NCBI GenBank assembly: GCA_030550395.1
Contig: JAUQPL010000006.1
Coordinates: 4,624-68,623, forward strand
Source: Bacteroidota bacterium
GTDB taxonomy: Bacteria > Bacteroidota > Ignavibacteria > Kapaibacteriales > HRBIN21
Direction of reading: 5' to 3'
DNA length: 64,000 nt
The notes beneath the pieces are model-generated. The model was not told the DNA's origin and did no database searches. It was given only the letters and a program-made list of their open reading frames with translations. Of the stretch, positions 46,524 to 56,429 are shown in pieces; position 1 is the stretch's first letter; each line of letters begins with the position of its first letter. The position numbers and the translations under genes were made by a program.

Positions 46524-47792
46524 ATGGAGCTACAACTCAGTCCAGCCCTTGTTGACCGTCTCCTGCAGGTAGTGCAGCAAGGAGGGGGTGCAAATGATGA
46601 GCAAACGATAGCACGCCGGCTCGGTGTTTCTTCCCGAACGCTTCAGCGCTGGCGGCAGATGGGGAGATTCCCACTCAAGCTGTTTGTGGAACGCTTCCCC
46701 GAGCTTCCGTGGATTCAGCTGGTAGGAGAGGAAGTGCTTTCTCTCCTGGTACCACGGACCCTGCTGCCTGGCTGGCGTCCAACGCCAGAAATGCCGGACT
46801 TGGATGCCCCAATTCCTCCGATCCGAGCTTCTCATGCTCTCACCGATACTGAGCGACGTCGCCTCTTGGAGTGGATGCTCTGGGCGCGAGAGTTCGATTT
46901 GGCCTTCATCCGCCTCTACCGACAGGGACGTGCTGTCGGTGGAGTCTTTGCGCAGATAGGAAATGAGGCGGTCTCGGTCGGGACAGCTTTTGCTTTACGT
47001 CCCGAAGACGCTATCTTCCCTATGCATCGGGATATCGGCGTCCACTTTGTCCGGGGGCAAGAGCTGCAGGCTTTGATCGCAACGCATCTGGGGCGCCAGG
47101 GGAGTCTGACCCGCGGAACAGACGGCACCGTGCACTATGCCGATCCGGAGCGTCGGATCTATGGCAATATCTCGCATCTTGGAGCAATGTTGCCCGTTGC
47201 CGTTGGATATGCTCTGGCGGCTCGCCTCAAGGGTGAGCAGACGGTTGTGTTGACTTACATTGGTGATGGTGGAGCCCAAACGGGAGAGTTCCATGAAGCG
47301 GTCAATTTCGCTGCAGTCCAACGACTGCCAGTGGTGTTTGTGATTGAGAACAATCAGTACGCTTACTCTACCCCAAACCGTTCCGAATACGCATCCACTT
47401 TCCTGGCTGACCGTGCGCCGGGCTATGGATGCTTCGGCGAAGTTGTGGATGGAACAGATGTGGAATTGGTCTATGATGCTTGCCGCCGTGCGGTTGAGCG
47501 TGCTCGCCGAGGGGAGGGACCCACGCTATTGGAGACAATCACCTTCCGTACGCGCGGGCACGCAGAGCATGACGATGCCTCCTATGTCCCAGAGCCTATT
47601 CGCCGGTATTGGAGTGCACGCGATCCTGTGGAGCGCTATCTCACCTTTATCCACGAGCGAGGTATCCTAACTTCGGAGCAGACGGCAGCTCTGCGTGAAA
47701 ACATTCAGCTTCAACTCCGGACGGCTCTTGAAGAAGTCCTCCAACGTCCTTTCCCAGCCCCTGAGGAAGCTTTTCGGAATGTGTTCCTCTAA
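46524..47792 (+). CDS. TPP-dependent 2-oxoacid dehydrogenase E1 alpha with N-terminal HTH domain
   Basis: TPP motif 'GDGGAQTGEFHEAVN...ENNQYA', 'RTRGHAEHD'; N-terminal 'EQTIARRLGVSSRTLQRWRQ'. Confidence 0.85.
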   Translation: MELQLSPALVDRLLQVVQQGGGANDEQTIARRLGVSSRTLQRWRQMGRFPLKLFVERFPELPWIQLVGEEVLSLLVPRTLLPGWRPTPEMPDLDAPIPPIRASHALTDTERRRLLEWMLWAREFDLAFIRLYRQGRAVGGVFAQIGNEAVSVGTAFALRPEDAIFPMHRDIGVHFVRGQELQALIATHLGRQGSLTRGTDGTVHYADPERRIYGNISHLGAMLPVAVGYALAARLKGEQTVVLTYIGDGGAQTGEFHEAVNFAAVQRLPVVFVIENNQYAYSTPNRSEYASTFLADRAPGYGCFGEVVDGTDVELVYDACRRAVERARRGEGPTLLETITFRTRGHAEHDDASYVPEPIRRYWSARDPVERYLTFIHERGILTSEQTAALRENIQLQLRTALEEVLQRPFPAPEEAFRNVFL

Positions 47793-47877
47793 AGCAACTG
47801 CAAGATGGGGCAGGAAGCTTTTTCGTAGCTTTGCGCATTGGGATAGGTCCGTTGTGAGTAAGGCCAGAAGGATACCG

Positions 47878-48993
47878 ATGGCAGAAGAGCGTTCGTATAG
47901 TCCGGGCTTGGAAGGGGTCATTGCAGCAGAGACACGGATTTCGTTTCTGGATACGGAGCAGGAAGAGATTGTGGTTCGTGGTTACAACCTTTTAGAACTC
48001 ATTCGCCGTGTCCAGTATGTTGACGTAGTCGGGCTTCTGCTGGACGAGCGATTGCCCGATGCGGGACGGCGAGAAGAATTAGAGCAGGAGATGGTCAATG
48101 CGCAGGTGCCGGAGATAGTTTACGAAATTCTATGGCGGCTTCCTGCCCAGATGCATGCTATGGACCGACTGCGGACGGCGGTGTCAACATTGGCGGGATT
48201 TGACCCTGAGGCAAACAGCGCTGACCCAGACTCCGAACGGCGGAGAGCCCCGCGCATAATTGGACAGATTGCTCAAATTGTGGCAAACCTGCATCGGATT
48301 GCTCAAGGTGACAGACCGCAACACTTTGAGTCCAACCGAGGATTTGCCGAAAACTTCCTCCGTACGATTGTCGCTCGTGAAGTCACGCCTGCTGAAATAC
48401 GGGCATTTGAGCAGAGCCTGATTGCCTATAGCGAGCATGAATTGCCGAATTCAACGTTTGCTGCGCGCGTGGTTGCCTCCACGCTATCGGATGCCTATGG
48501 TGCACTGACGGCCGCCGTTGCATCCTTGAAGGGGCCTCTCCATGGTGGGGCAAATGAAGCGGTCATCTACCTGCTGTTGGAGGCGAGGACAGCCGATGGC
48601 TTAGAAGCTCTCATCCGCCAAAAGCTAGCACGCAAGGAGCGCATTATGGGATTTGGCCATCGGGTCTACATGCGCCGCATGGATCCCCGAGCTCAACTTC
48701 TCAAGGAGACATTGCATGAGCTGATAGCGGCAAAGGGAACGGGCTCCGAGTTGGCCGCCATGTGCCAGCGGGGCGAAGATGTGATGCGAACGGAAAAGGG
48801 GCTGTATCCGAATCTGGATTATTACGCTGCACCGGTTTATTACCTACTGGGCATCCCGATAGAGCTTTATACGCCGATCTTCTTTGCTGCCCGCAGTGCC
48901 GGGCTATTGGCGCACATTATTGAGCAGCACCGAGAAAACCGCCTTTACCGGCCACGTGTTCTGTACACAGGTCCACGGGGACTCCACGTGTAA
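47878..48993 (+). CDS. prpC: 2-methylcitrate synthase (MmgD-like)
   Basis: 'YSPGLEGVIAAET', 'EHELPNST', 'KGPLHGGANE', 'MGFGHRVY', 'YPNLDYY'; operon with prpD and prpB. Confidence 0.88.
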   Translation: MAEERSYSPGLEGVIAAETRISFLDTEQEEIVVRGYNLLELIRRVQYVDVVGLLLDERLPDAGRREELEQEMVNAQVPEIVYEILWRLPAQMHAMDRLRTAVSTLAGFDPEANSADPDSERRRAPRIIGQIAQIVANLHRIAQGDRPQHFESNRGFAENFLRTIVAREVTPAEIRAFEQSLIAYSEHELPNSTFAARVVASTLSDAYGALTAAVASLKGPLHGGANEAVIYLLLEARTADGLEALIRQKLARKERIMGFGHRVYMRRMDPRAQLLKETLHELIAAKGTGSELAAMCQRGEDVMRTEKGLYPNLDYYAAPVYYLLGIPIELYTPIFFAARSAGLLAHIIEQHRENRLYRPRVLYTGPRGLHV

Positions 48994-49010
48994 GTTGGTT
49001 GGGATGACAG

Positions 49011-50447
49011 ATGGCGTTGGAGTACGACGGCGTGTTGCAGGAGATTGCCGACTATGTTCTTTCAGCGCGCATTGAGAACACGGAAGCCTATGAAACGGCG
49101 CGCTTGGCATTGATGGACGCCTTATCCTGTGCTTTCCTTGCATTGCAGAAGCCGGAATGTACGAAGTTGATTGGTCCGTTGATTCCGGGGACCCACGTGC
49201 CTTACGGGGTTCGCATACCAGGGACAGCCCATGTTGTAGACCCTGTGCAGGGGGCTTTCTCTATCACGGCATTGATTCGGTGGCTGGATTACAACGACAC
49301 CTGGTTAGCACTTGAGTGGGGGCATCCATCGGATAATTTCGGGGCGTTGCTGGCTGTGGCGGATTACCAGTCCCAGCGTCGCCGTGCATATGGGGAGCCC
49401 TGCTATCGGGTTCATGACCTGTTGGCGGCAGCCATCAAAGTGTACGAAATCCAAGGGGTGCTGGCGCTAGGCGTCAGCCTTAATCGGTGGGGATTTGATC
49501 ACGTGCATTTCGTCAAAATCGCCTCTGCTGCTCTGGCCACGCAGCTCCTCGGTGGTGGGCGGGAGGAGATACTGAGTGCACTTTCTAATGCTTTCGTGGA
49601 TGGGGCAGCGTTGCGGACGTATCGGCATTTTCCTAATACAGGACCGCGTAAATCTTGGGCTGCTGCCGATGCCGTTGGTCGGGCTGTCCGCCTGGCGTTT
49701 CTGGCTATGGCAGGGGAGCCAGGGTATCCTACGGCGTTGAGCGCCCCGCGGTGGGGCTTTGAGGAGGTCGTTTTAAGAGGCGAACCAGTGCGCCTGGTGC
49801 GACCGTTGGGGAGCTATGTTATGGAGCACATCCTCTTCAAGGTAGCTTACCCGGCGGAGTTCCACGGGCAGACAGCTGTGGAGGCGGCTTTGCGAATCTA
49901 TCCCCTGGTACGAGAACGGTATGATGAGATAGAGCGCATTGTCATTGAGACTCAGGAGTCGGCTATTCGTATCATTGATAAGCCAGGACCTTTCCGGAAT
50001 CCGGCAGACCGTGACCATTCGCTACAGTACATGACGGCAGTCGCATTGCTCTATGGCGAGTTGACCTATGCTCATTATGAGGAACCGATTGCCTCAGATC
50101 CCCGGATTCCCCAGTTGATTGCTCGCATGCAGGTTCGGGAGAATCCCGACTTTAGCCGGGACTATCTAGACCCAGATAAGCGCTCCATTGCAAACGCCGT
50201 GCAAGTGTTTTTCCGTGATGGCACAGCCAGTGATCGGGTGCTTGTGGAATATCCTCTCGGCCATCGTCGGCGTCGGGAAGAGGCACGACCGTTACTGCGG
50301 GAAAAGTTCTGGAATGCTCTCTGCGGAGTGTTCCCAGAGCGGAAAGCGGAGAAGCTCTTTCACCTGGTAGCAGAGGATGAGGCTTTCTGGGAGATGCCTG
50401 TGGACCGTTTTGTGGAAGCGTTTGTTCATCCGAGTGGAATGCTGTAA
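49011..50447 (+). CDS. prpD: 2-methylcitrate dehydratase
   Basis: 'RWLDYNDTWLALEWGHPSDN', 'RKSWAAADA', 'PAEFHGQTA', 'DRDHSLQY'. Confidence 0.95.
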   Translation: MALEYDGVLQEIADYVLSARIENTEAYETARLALMDALSCAFLALQKPECTKLIGPLIPGTHVPYGVRIPGTAHVVDPVQGAFSITALIRWLDYNDTWLALEWGHPSDNFGALLAVADYQSQRRRAYGEPCYRVHDLLAAAIKVYEIQGVLALGVSLNRWGFDHVHFVKIASAALATQLLGGGREEILSALSNAFVDGAALRTYRHFPNTGPRKSWAAADAVGRAVRLAFLAMAGEPGYPTALSAPRWGFEEVVLRGEPVRLVRPLGSYVMEHILFKVAYPAEFHGQTAVEAALRIYPLVRERYDEIERIVIETQESAIRIIDKPGPFRNPADRDHSLQYMTAVALLYGELTYAHYEEPIASDPRIPQLIARMQVRENPDFSRDYLDPDKRSIANAVQVFFRDGTASDRVLVEYPLGHRRRREEARPLLREKFWNALCGVFPERKAEKLFHLVAEDEAFWEMPVDRFVEAFVHPSGML

Positions 50448-51367
50448 TGGGGTGGCTTTTGGAATCACCGCCGGTGCAATCGGAGTTATCGGAGCGCTTC
50501 CGGCAGCGGGTTCATCGTGGGCGTCTGCTCCTGCCGGGAGCCCATGATCCTTTGGCGGCTCTTTTAGCGCGGAAGGCGGGATTTGAGGCATTGTATCTTT
50601 CCGGGGCTGCTTTTTCCGCTAGTATGGGGATGCCGGATATAGGGTTGTTCAGCATGGATGAACTCGTTGCGCGAGCTCGTGCCCTGGTTCGGGTCGCTCA
50701 GCTACCGCTGCTGGTGGACGCCGATACGGGTTTTGGGGAAGTTATCAATGTCGTGCGGTTGGGGCGGGAACTTGTAGAAGCTGGTGTTGCGGCTGTGCAG
50801 GTGGAGGACCAGGAGATGCCCAAACGGTGTGGGCATCTTTCGGGCAAGCGCCTGGCTCCTCCTGAGGTCCTTGCTGAGAAAGTGTATGCTCTCAAGCGCC
50901 TCTTCCCGACTCTGATCGTTGTAGCTCGGACCGATGCCCGGGAGAGCGAGGGGATTGAGGGAGTCATTGAGCGTGCGCGGCTCTATGTCGAGGCGGGAGC
51001 GGATATTATTTTCCCTGAAGCACTGGAAAGTTTGGAGGAATTCCAGGCTGTGCGGGAGGCTCTTTCAGTTCCTTTGCTGGCAAACTTGACAGAGTTTGGG
51101 AAGACGCCCCTTTTCAGCGCTGAGGCGATTTTTGCCCTTGGCTATGAAATTGCCCTTTTTCCAGTATCTGCCCTGCGGGTTGCAGCGAAAGCCATGGAGG
51201 AGTTTTACGAGCACCTTTCCCGTCACGGTTCCAGCCAAGAGTATCTATCCCGCATGCAGACGCGGGCAGAGCTCTATGCTCTGATCCGTTACCGTGACTA
51301 TGAGTACTTTGACCATGAAGTCGCCCGCCGACTCTCTGTCGAAGGCCCGGGGCAGGCTCGAGGGTAA
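50447..51367 (+). CDS. prpB: 2-methylisocitrate lyase
   Basis: 'YLSGAA', 'VDADTGFG', 'EDQEMPKRCGHL', 'ARTDA', 'NLTEFGKTP'. Confidence 0.93.
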   Translation: MGWLLESPPVQSELSERFRQRVHRGRLLLPGAHDPLAALLARKAGFEALYLSGAAFSASMGMPDIGLFSMDELVARARALVRVAQLPLLVDADTGFGEVINVVRLGRELVEAGVAAVQVEDQEMPKRCGHLSGKRLAPPEVLAEKVYALKRLFPTLIVVARTDARESEGIEGVIERARLYVEAGADIIFPEALESLEEFQAVREALSVPLLANLTEFGKTPLFSAEAIFALGYEIALFPVSALRVAAKAMEEFYEHLSRHGSSQEYLSRMQTRAELYALIRYRDYEYFDHEVARRLSVEGPGQARG

Positions 51368-51421
51368 CGGATTTCTGTTATATTGCGTTTCCGAAGAGGC
51401 GTGTATGCTTGAGGGCAAGTG

Positions 51422-52762
51422 ATGTGGCTGTGGTGGTGGGGAGTGTTGGGCGCTGGAGTGGTACCTGTCATTGCGCAGACGTGGAGCCCGGTAACAGGGG
51501 TTGAGCCTTTCGTCCACCGCATTGTCTGCCCTGTAGAGCGTCCGGAGATGGTCATTGTGTGCGCGGATTCTGTGCCGCCAGTTGCGGAGGTGTGGCGAAG
51601 CAATATTCAATTCTACGGGGGTCATGGCTTCCGCATCAGCACTGATAGTGGGCAGACGTTTGGTCAGCCTCGGTTAGTGGGGGTTTCCGTCCGGGATATT
51701 TTCATTCTGCCTGATCAGCCGCAGACATGGCTAGCAGCGGTTGCGGAGTTTGCCACCGGTGGTGTAGTGCTCTCTACCGACGGCGGGCAGACGTGGCAGT
51801 GGACGGAGAGACCACGATGCCAGGCCTATGTCGTGCGGATACAGATGCGTTCGGGAACGCCCCCGACCTTTTTCGCCTCCGTTATCAATACGAACCAGGG
51901 GTATCGGAGGTCACAGGATACATTCGCTACCTGCTCTGGGGATTTGAGCTTCCCTGTTCAGTCGCGTGATATTGCTGTCACCGATAGCGCTGTGTTTTTA
52001 GCAGCGGATGGCTATCTGGCAGGCGGTGTATGGCGTTCTACGGACGATGGGCATACGTGGCAAAAAGATTCGCTGGGGCTTGGCAATTTGCGAGTTTGGT
52101 GTGTTGTGCCTTCCCGCCATCAGCCAGGGGTAGTGCTCTGTGGGGCCGATTCCCTTCTGTCAGAAACCCAGAGTGTTGGACGGGGAATCTACCGTTCGGA
52201 GGATGGGGGAAAGACCTGGCGTTTGGTAGGGGCGCCGGGAGTCCGCATTACCGCTATTGCTGAGCATCCGTTGGATCCGCGGTATTGGATTGCTGCGGGT
52301 GATACAACTGGTGTGTGGGTGAGCGGAACATACGGTGAGGCGTGGGAACTTCATGCCGATGGACTTCCGGCAGGTGTTCCCGTTCGGACAGTTGCTCTTC
52401 CTCCGTGGGATACCCGGCATGGTGTCATTGCTTTTGCTGGGTTAACTGGTGCGGGGCTTTATCGTTCCCGACCAATAGTGACTTCTGTCCCTATGGCGCC
52501 AACGACACTATCGGTGGCGGTCAGGATCCTGCAGTCTGACCAGCTGTTGCTAATGTACAGCTTATCCGAAAGCGGTGCTGTGCAGTGGGAGTTGGTAGAC
52601 GTTGTAGGGCGGCAAGTGGCATCGCATCAGGTAGCGTGGCAACCAGCAGGACGGCATCACCTCCAGTGGTTGTTGCCCCATCGGCTTTCTCCAGGGTGGT
52701 ATGCAGTGCGCATGAAGACTGCGGGGAGGCATGTTGTGACAACAGTGGTATTGCTTCCGTAG
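51422..52762 (+). CDS. secreted BNR/VPS10-like beta-propeller with T9SS-type CTD
   Basis: Repeated 'STDxGxTW'; C-terminal 'LVDVVGRQV...LSPGWYAVRM...VVLLP'. Confidence 0.75.
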   Translation: MWLWWWGVLGAGVVPVIAQTWSPVTGVEPFVHRIVCPVERPEMVIVCADSVPPVAEVWRSNIQFYGGHGFRISTDSGQTFGQPRLVGVSVRDIFILPDQPQTWLAAVAEFATGGVVLSTDGGQTWQWTERPRCQAYVVRIQMRSGTPPTFFASVINTNQGYRRSQDTFATCSGDLSFPVQSRDIAVTDSAVFLAADGYLAGGVWRSTDDGHTWQKDSLGLGNLRVWCVVPSRHQPGVVLCGADSLLSETQSVGRGIYRSEDGGKTWRLVGAPGVRITAIAEHPLDPRYWIAAGDTTGVWVSGTYGEAWELHADGLPAGVPVRTVALPPWDTRHGVIAFAGLTGAGLYRSRPIVTSVPMAPTTLSVAVRILQSDQLLLMYSLSESGAVQWELVDVVGRQVASHQVAWQPAGRHHLQWLLPHRLSPGWYAVRMKTAGRHVVTTVVLLP

Positions 52763-52843
52763 CGCAGCGGCGGATGTAGGACCCCGGCGAAGGGTCGGGG
52801 TTATGGAAAGATATGTGCAACAGCAATTGCAGAGGAGACGACC

Positions 52844-53536
52844 ATGACGGAAATGCAACCCACTCCAGAGCAGTCCGGGATGGCACAACCATCCACTACC
52901 CCAGCTATACCTGAGGTGCTCAGCTTTGGAGACATCCTCTCGTACTCCTTCCGCTGGGGATTCGGACAGTACTTCCGCATCTTTCTCATGTACGCGTTGT
53001 GGGTGCTGACGCTGTGGATTCCCTACGTTAATGTCGGAACCACGATTGCAGTCACCGCGGGAGCCGCGATTCTGCTGAGTCGTCAACAGCGGATTGACCC
53101 AACCTTTATCTTTGACCGCCGCTACCGTCAGGTCATGGCAGATTGGTTCATATTGTCATCGCTCATTGGGGGTGGTGTCTTGCTGGGCATAGTGTTTCTG
53201 GTCATTCCCGGAATCGTGTTAGCACTTGGGTGGCTCTTGGCGCCTCTGCTGTTGGTTGATCGGGGGACCGCTGTTATGGACTCGCTCCGACAGAGTTGGC
53301 AGGCAACAATGGGGGAGAAGTGGACTCTCTTTTTTGGACTGTTGGCGGTCTACCTACTCTACGCTATCCCAGCTGCTCTTGTCTATGGAATTCTGCAAGC
53401 GATTCTGCCATCAGACTCAAGCGTCACGAATGTTATTCTGGCAATCTATGCCGTCTTGGCCTACGTTGGCTTTGGGGCAGTGGACTTAGGCTATACAGGT
53501 TATGTTTACACCGTCTTGGGGCGGCGCGTAGCCTAA
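52844..53536 (+). CDS. integral membrane protein
   Basis: SD GAGGAG; multiple TM helices; 'LVIPGIVL...SLRQSWQATMG'. Confidence 0.7.
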   Translation: MTEMQPTPEQSGMAQPSTTPAIPEVLSFGDILSYSFRWGFGQYFRIFLMYALWVLTLWIPYVNVGTTIAVTAGAAILLSRQQRIDPTFIFDRRYRQVMADWFILSSLIGGGVLLGIVFLVIPGIVLALGWLLAPLLLVDRGTAVMDSLRQSWQATMGEKWTLFFGLLAVYLLYAIPAALVYGILQAILPSDSSVTNVILAIYAVLAYVGFGAVDLGYTGYVYTVLGRRVA

Positions 53537-53656
53537 TGCGCAGGGACATAGGGTAGCGGACGGAAGCGCTGGAAAGAGCGCAGAAAGCCGTGATTTTTAC
53601 TAATTTTGCGGTTGACCTTTGCAGCTCAGTACCTGCTGCACTAATAGACGAGCCGA

Positions 53657-55168
53657 ATGCCGCGACCAATCAACGTTCTTTTCGTATCTGCGGAAGTATA
53701 TCCGTTTGCAAAGACAGGGGGGCTGGCGGACGTTTCGTACGGATTGGTGATGGCATTGCGCGAGCGGGGGGTAGATATTCGCGTAATGCTTCCCAAGTAC
53801 GGATGCGTCAGCGAGCGAAAAAATCATATCCACGAAATCCGCCGTCTGCGGACGATAGAGATCCCGATGGGGAATCGTCTGGAGCCGGCAGCAATTAAGT
53901 CCTCTACGCTGCAAAATCCACGAGTTCGGGCGCAGGTCTACGTGACCACGAATTATACCTATTTTGACAGTCGGAAGGGGCTGTATACCGACCCTCAGAC
54001 GGGGAAGCCGTATCCGGACAACGATGAGCGTTTTCTCTTCTTCTGCCGCTCCGTAGTGGAGATGTGCCATTTTCTGCGTTGGTTCCCTGATATCATTCAT
54101 TACAACGACTGGCAGACGGCCACGGTAGGGGTGTATGTCCGAACACTGTATCCGGCGGAGTTCCGGCGGACACGGCTGGTGTTCACCCTCCATACCCTCA
54201 GTGATCAAGGAGTATTCCCACCGGAGACATGGCTCAAGACAGGGTTACCGGCAAATATTGCTGAACGTCTTCTGCACCGTGGTATGGTCAATTTCGTAAA
54301 GGCCGGTATAGAGTTTGCCGATGTAGTAACGACGGTCAGCCCCAGTTACGCCCAAGAGATTCTTATGGAATCCATTGATACTGGCGGAATTGGGGAGCTC
54401 CTTCGGCAGCGCCATCCAGATACCTTTGTGGGTATTCTTAACGGGGTAGACTCCACGGTGTGGAATCCGCAGACGGATCCCTATTTGGACCATCACTACA
54501 ACGCTGAGACAGTTTGGGTAGTGAAGCCGCTAAACAAGCGACAGTTGTTACAGCGTTTTGAGCTCCGCTACGATCCGAAGGTACCAGTTCTCGGCATGAT
54601 TACACGCCTCTACGCAGTCAAAGGGATTGAGCTCTTCCTGGAGGTTGCGCCAACGCTGCTGTCCCGGCGTGATCTCCAGATTGTCTTCCTTGGGGATGGG
54701 GCCCCAGAGTACCGGACAGCGCTGCAGAAGCTCCAGCGGCAGTTCCCACGGCGTTTTGCTCTCTTTTTGGGATTTGATGAAACCCTGGCACATCTGATTG
54801 AGGCAGGGGCGGACATGTTTCTCATGCCCTCGCTCCAAGAGCCGTGCGGACAAAATCAAATGTACTCCATGCTCTATGGTACGGTCCCCATTGTTCGGGC
54901 AACAGGCGGACTGAAGGATACGGTTCGTGATTTTAATCCAGAAACAGGGGAAGGAACCGGCATCGTCTTTGAGGAGGCGACTCCGCAGGCTTTGTTAGCA
55001 GCTATTGAAAGGGCTCTTGAACTATACCGGCAGCCGGAACTATGGCAGAAGCTTGTCGCAAACGGCATGGCGCAGGATTTCTCCTGGAGCCGTTCAGCGC
55101 AACAGTATGTGGAGCTGTACCGTGCTTTGACCAAGGGGAAAGAAGCAGTTCGGGCTGCTGTGCTGTGA
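53657..55168 (+). CDS. glgA: glycogen synthase
   Basis: 'PFAKTGGLADV', 'HYNDWQT', 'TTVSPSYA', 'MPSLQEPCGQNQM', 'TGGLKDTV'. Confidence 0.95.
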   Translation: MPRPINVLFVSAEVYPFAKTGGLADVSYGLVMALRERGVDIRVMLPKYGCVSERKNHIHEIRRLRTIEIPMGNRLEPAAIKSSTLQNPRVRAQVYVTTNYTYFDSRKGLYTDPQTGKPYPDNDERFLFFCRSVVEMCHFLRWFPDIIHYNDWQTATVGVYVRTLYPAEFRRTRLVFTLHTLSDQGVFPPETWLKTGLPANIAERLLHRGMVNFVKAGIEFADVVTTVSPSYAQEILMESIDTGGIGELLRQRHPDTFVGILNGVDSTVWNPQTDPYLDHHYNAETVWVVKPLNKRQLLQRFELRYDPKVPVLGMITRLYAVKGIELFLEVAPTLLSRRDLQIVFLGDGAPEYRTALQKLQRQFPRRFALFLGFDETLAHLIEAGADMFLMPSLQEPCGQNQMYSMLYGTVPIVRATGGLKDTVRDFNPETGEGTGIVFEEATPQALLAAIERALELYRQPELWQKLVANGMAQDFSWSRSAQQYVELYRALTKGKEAVRAAVL

Positions 55169-55222
55169 GTGAATTTCCCACACCGAGCGTCTATACGCTG
55201 TGGTAAGAGCACTGGAGGGCTG

Positions 55223-56422
55223 ATGTCTGTCTCCCGATGGGAGGGAATCCAACAGGCGTTGCAGCGGTTTGATATCCCCGCATGGCTTCTGTACGACTTC
55301 CGTGGCTCAAACCCTTTTGCAGCCCACGTCTTGGGGTTGCCATCGAATCTGCATGCCACTCGCCGGTGGGCAGTGCTGATTCCCGCAGAAGGGATGCCGG
55401 AGAAAATTGTCCATCGTATTGAGCCGCATGTCCTGTCCGGAGTAGAGGCGCAGGAACATCGGTACACAACGCACCACGAATGGAGGGCACTCCTGGACCG
55501 GTGGTGTCGGCGATATCGGCGTCTGGCGGTGGAGTACTCCCCGGAAGGGGCTCTCCCCATGGTGTCAGTACTAGATGCCGGAACGGCAGACTTGCTCCGT
55601 TCCCTTGGTGCAGAGCTGCTCTCTTCAGCGGATGTCTTGCAGGAGTTGGTGGCTGTCTATACTCCGGACCAGCTGCGACAGCAGGCACAAACGGCACAGC
55701 AGTTGTACGATATTCTCATGCGAGGTTTGGAATGGTTGCGCGAGCGACTCCTCCAGGGGGAATGTCCCCAGGAGTATGCGCTTCAAGGGTTTCTCGAAGA
55801 GCAGCTTGCAAGGGCGGGTCTGTACACAGAGCACCCCCCTATTGTAGCTCGCACGGAGCGAGCAGCCAATCCGCACTATAGTCCAACACCAAAAGATACA
55901 GCTCCGATCCGTCCTGGTGACCTTGTGCTGGTGGATATATGGGCAAAGCCGCCGGAGCCTTCGGCGTTGTATGCTGATATTACGTGGATGGCGTATGCTG
56001 GTGAGGAAGTTCCCGGGCGGTTTGCCGACATCTTTGCAGTGCTCTGTCAAGCTCGCGACCGAGCAGTTGAGTTGATTCGGGAAGCTTTCCATCAGCAGCG
56101 TCCCCTCGCTGGCTATGAGGTTGACCGATTTGTCCGGACCTTTCTGCAGGCTGCTGGATACGGCGAGCTTTTTCTCCATCGTACGGGCCATAGCCTTGGG
56201 ACGGAAGTCCACGGACCGGGAGCAAATTTGGATGATTACGAAACCCATGATACGCGTCGGCTCCTGCCGGGAACGGCGGTTACCGTTGAGCCAGGGCTGT
56301 ATCAGATGGGCGAATTCGGAATGAGGACGGAGATTGATGTGCAAATCTGGTCTGATGGAACCGTTGTCCTTTGCCCTGTACCGGTTCAGGAGCGGATTAT
56401 CCCCCTTCTTGCTTGGGAGTAA
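55223..56422 (+). CDS. M24 family (Xaa-Pro) aminopeptidase
   Basis: 'ANPHY', 'LVDIWAK', 'YADITW', 'HRTGHSLG', 'TVEPGLY', 'GMRTE'. Confidence 0.88.
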   Translation: MSVSRWEGIQQALQRFDIPAWLLYDFRGSNPFAAHVLGLPSNLHATRRWAVLIPAEGMPEKIVHRIEPHVLSGVEAQEHRYTTHHEWRALLDRWCRRYRRLAVEYSPEGALPMVSVLDAGTADLLRSLGAELLSSADVLQELVAVYTPDQLRQQAQTAQQLYDILMRGLEWLRERLLQGECPQEYALQGFLEEQLARAGLYTEHPPIVARTERAANPHYSPTPKDTAPIRPGDLVLVDIWAKPPEPSALYADITWMAYAGEEVPGRFADIFAVLCQARDRAVELIREAFHQQRPLAGYEVDRFVRTFLQAAGYGELFLHRTGHSLGTEVHGPGANLDDYETHDTRRLLPGTAVTVEPGLYQMGEFGMRTEIDVQIWSDGTVVLCPVPVQERIIPLLAWE

Positions 56423-56429
56423 GGCTAAG

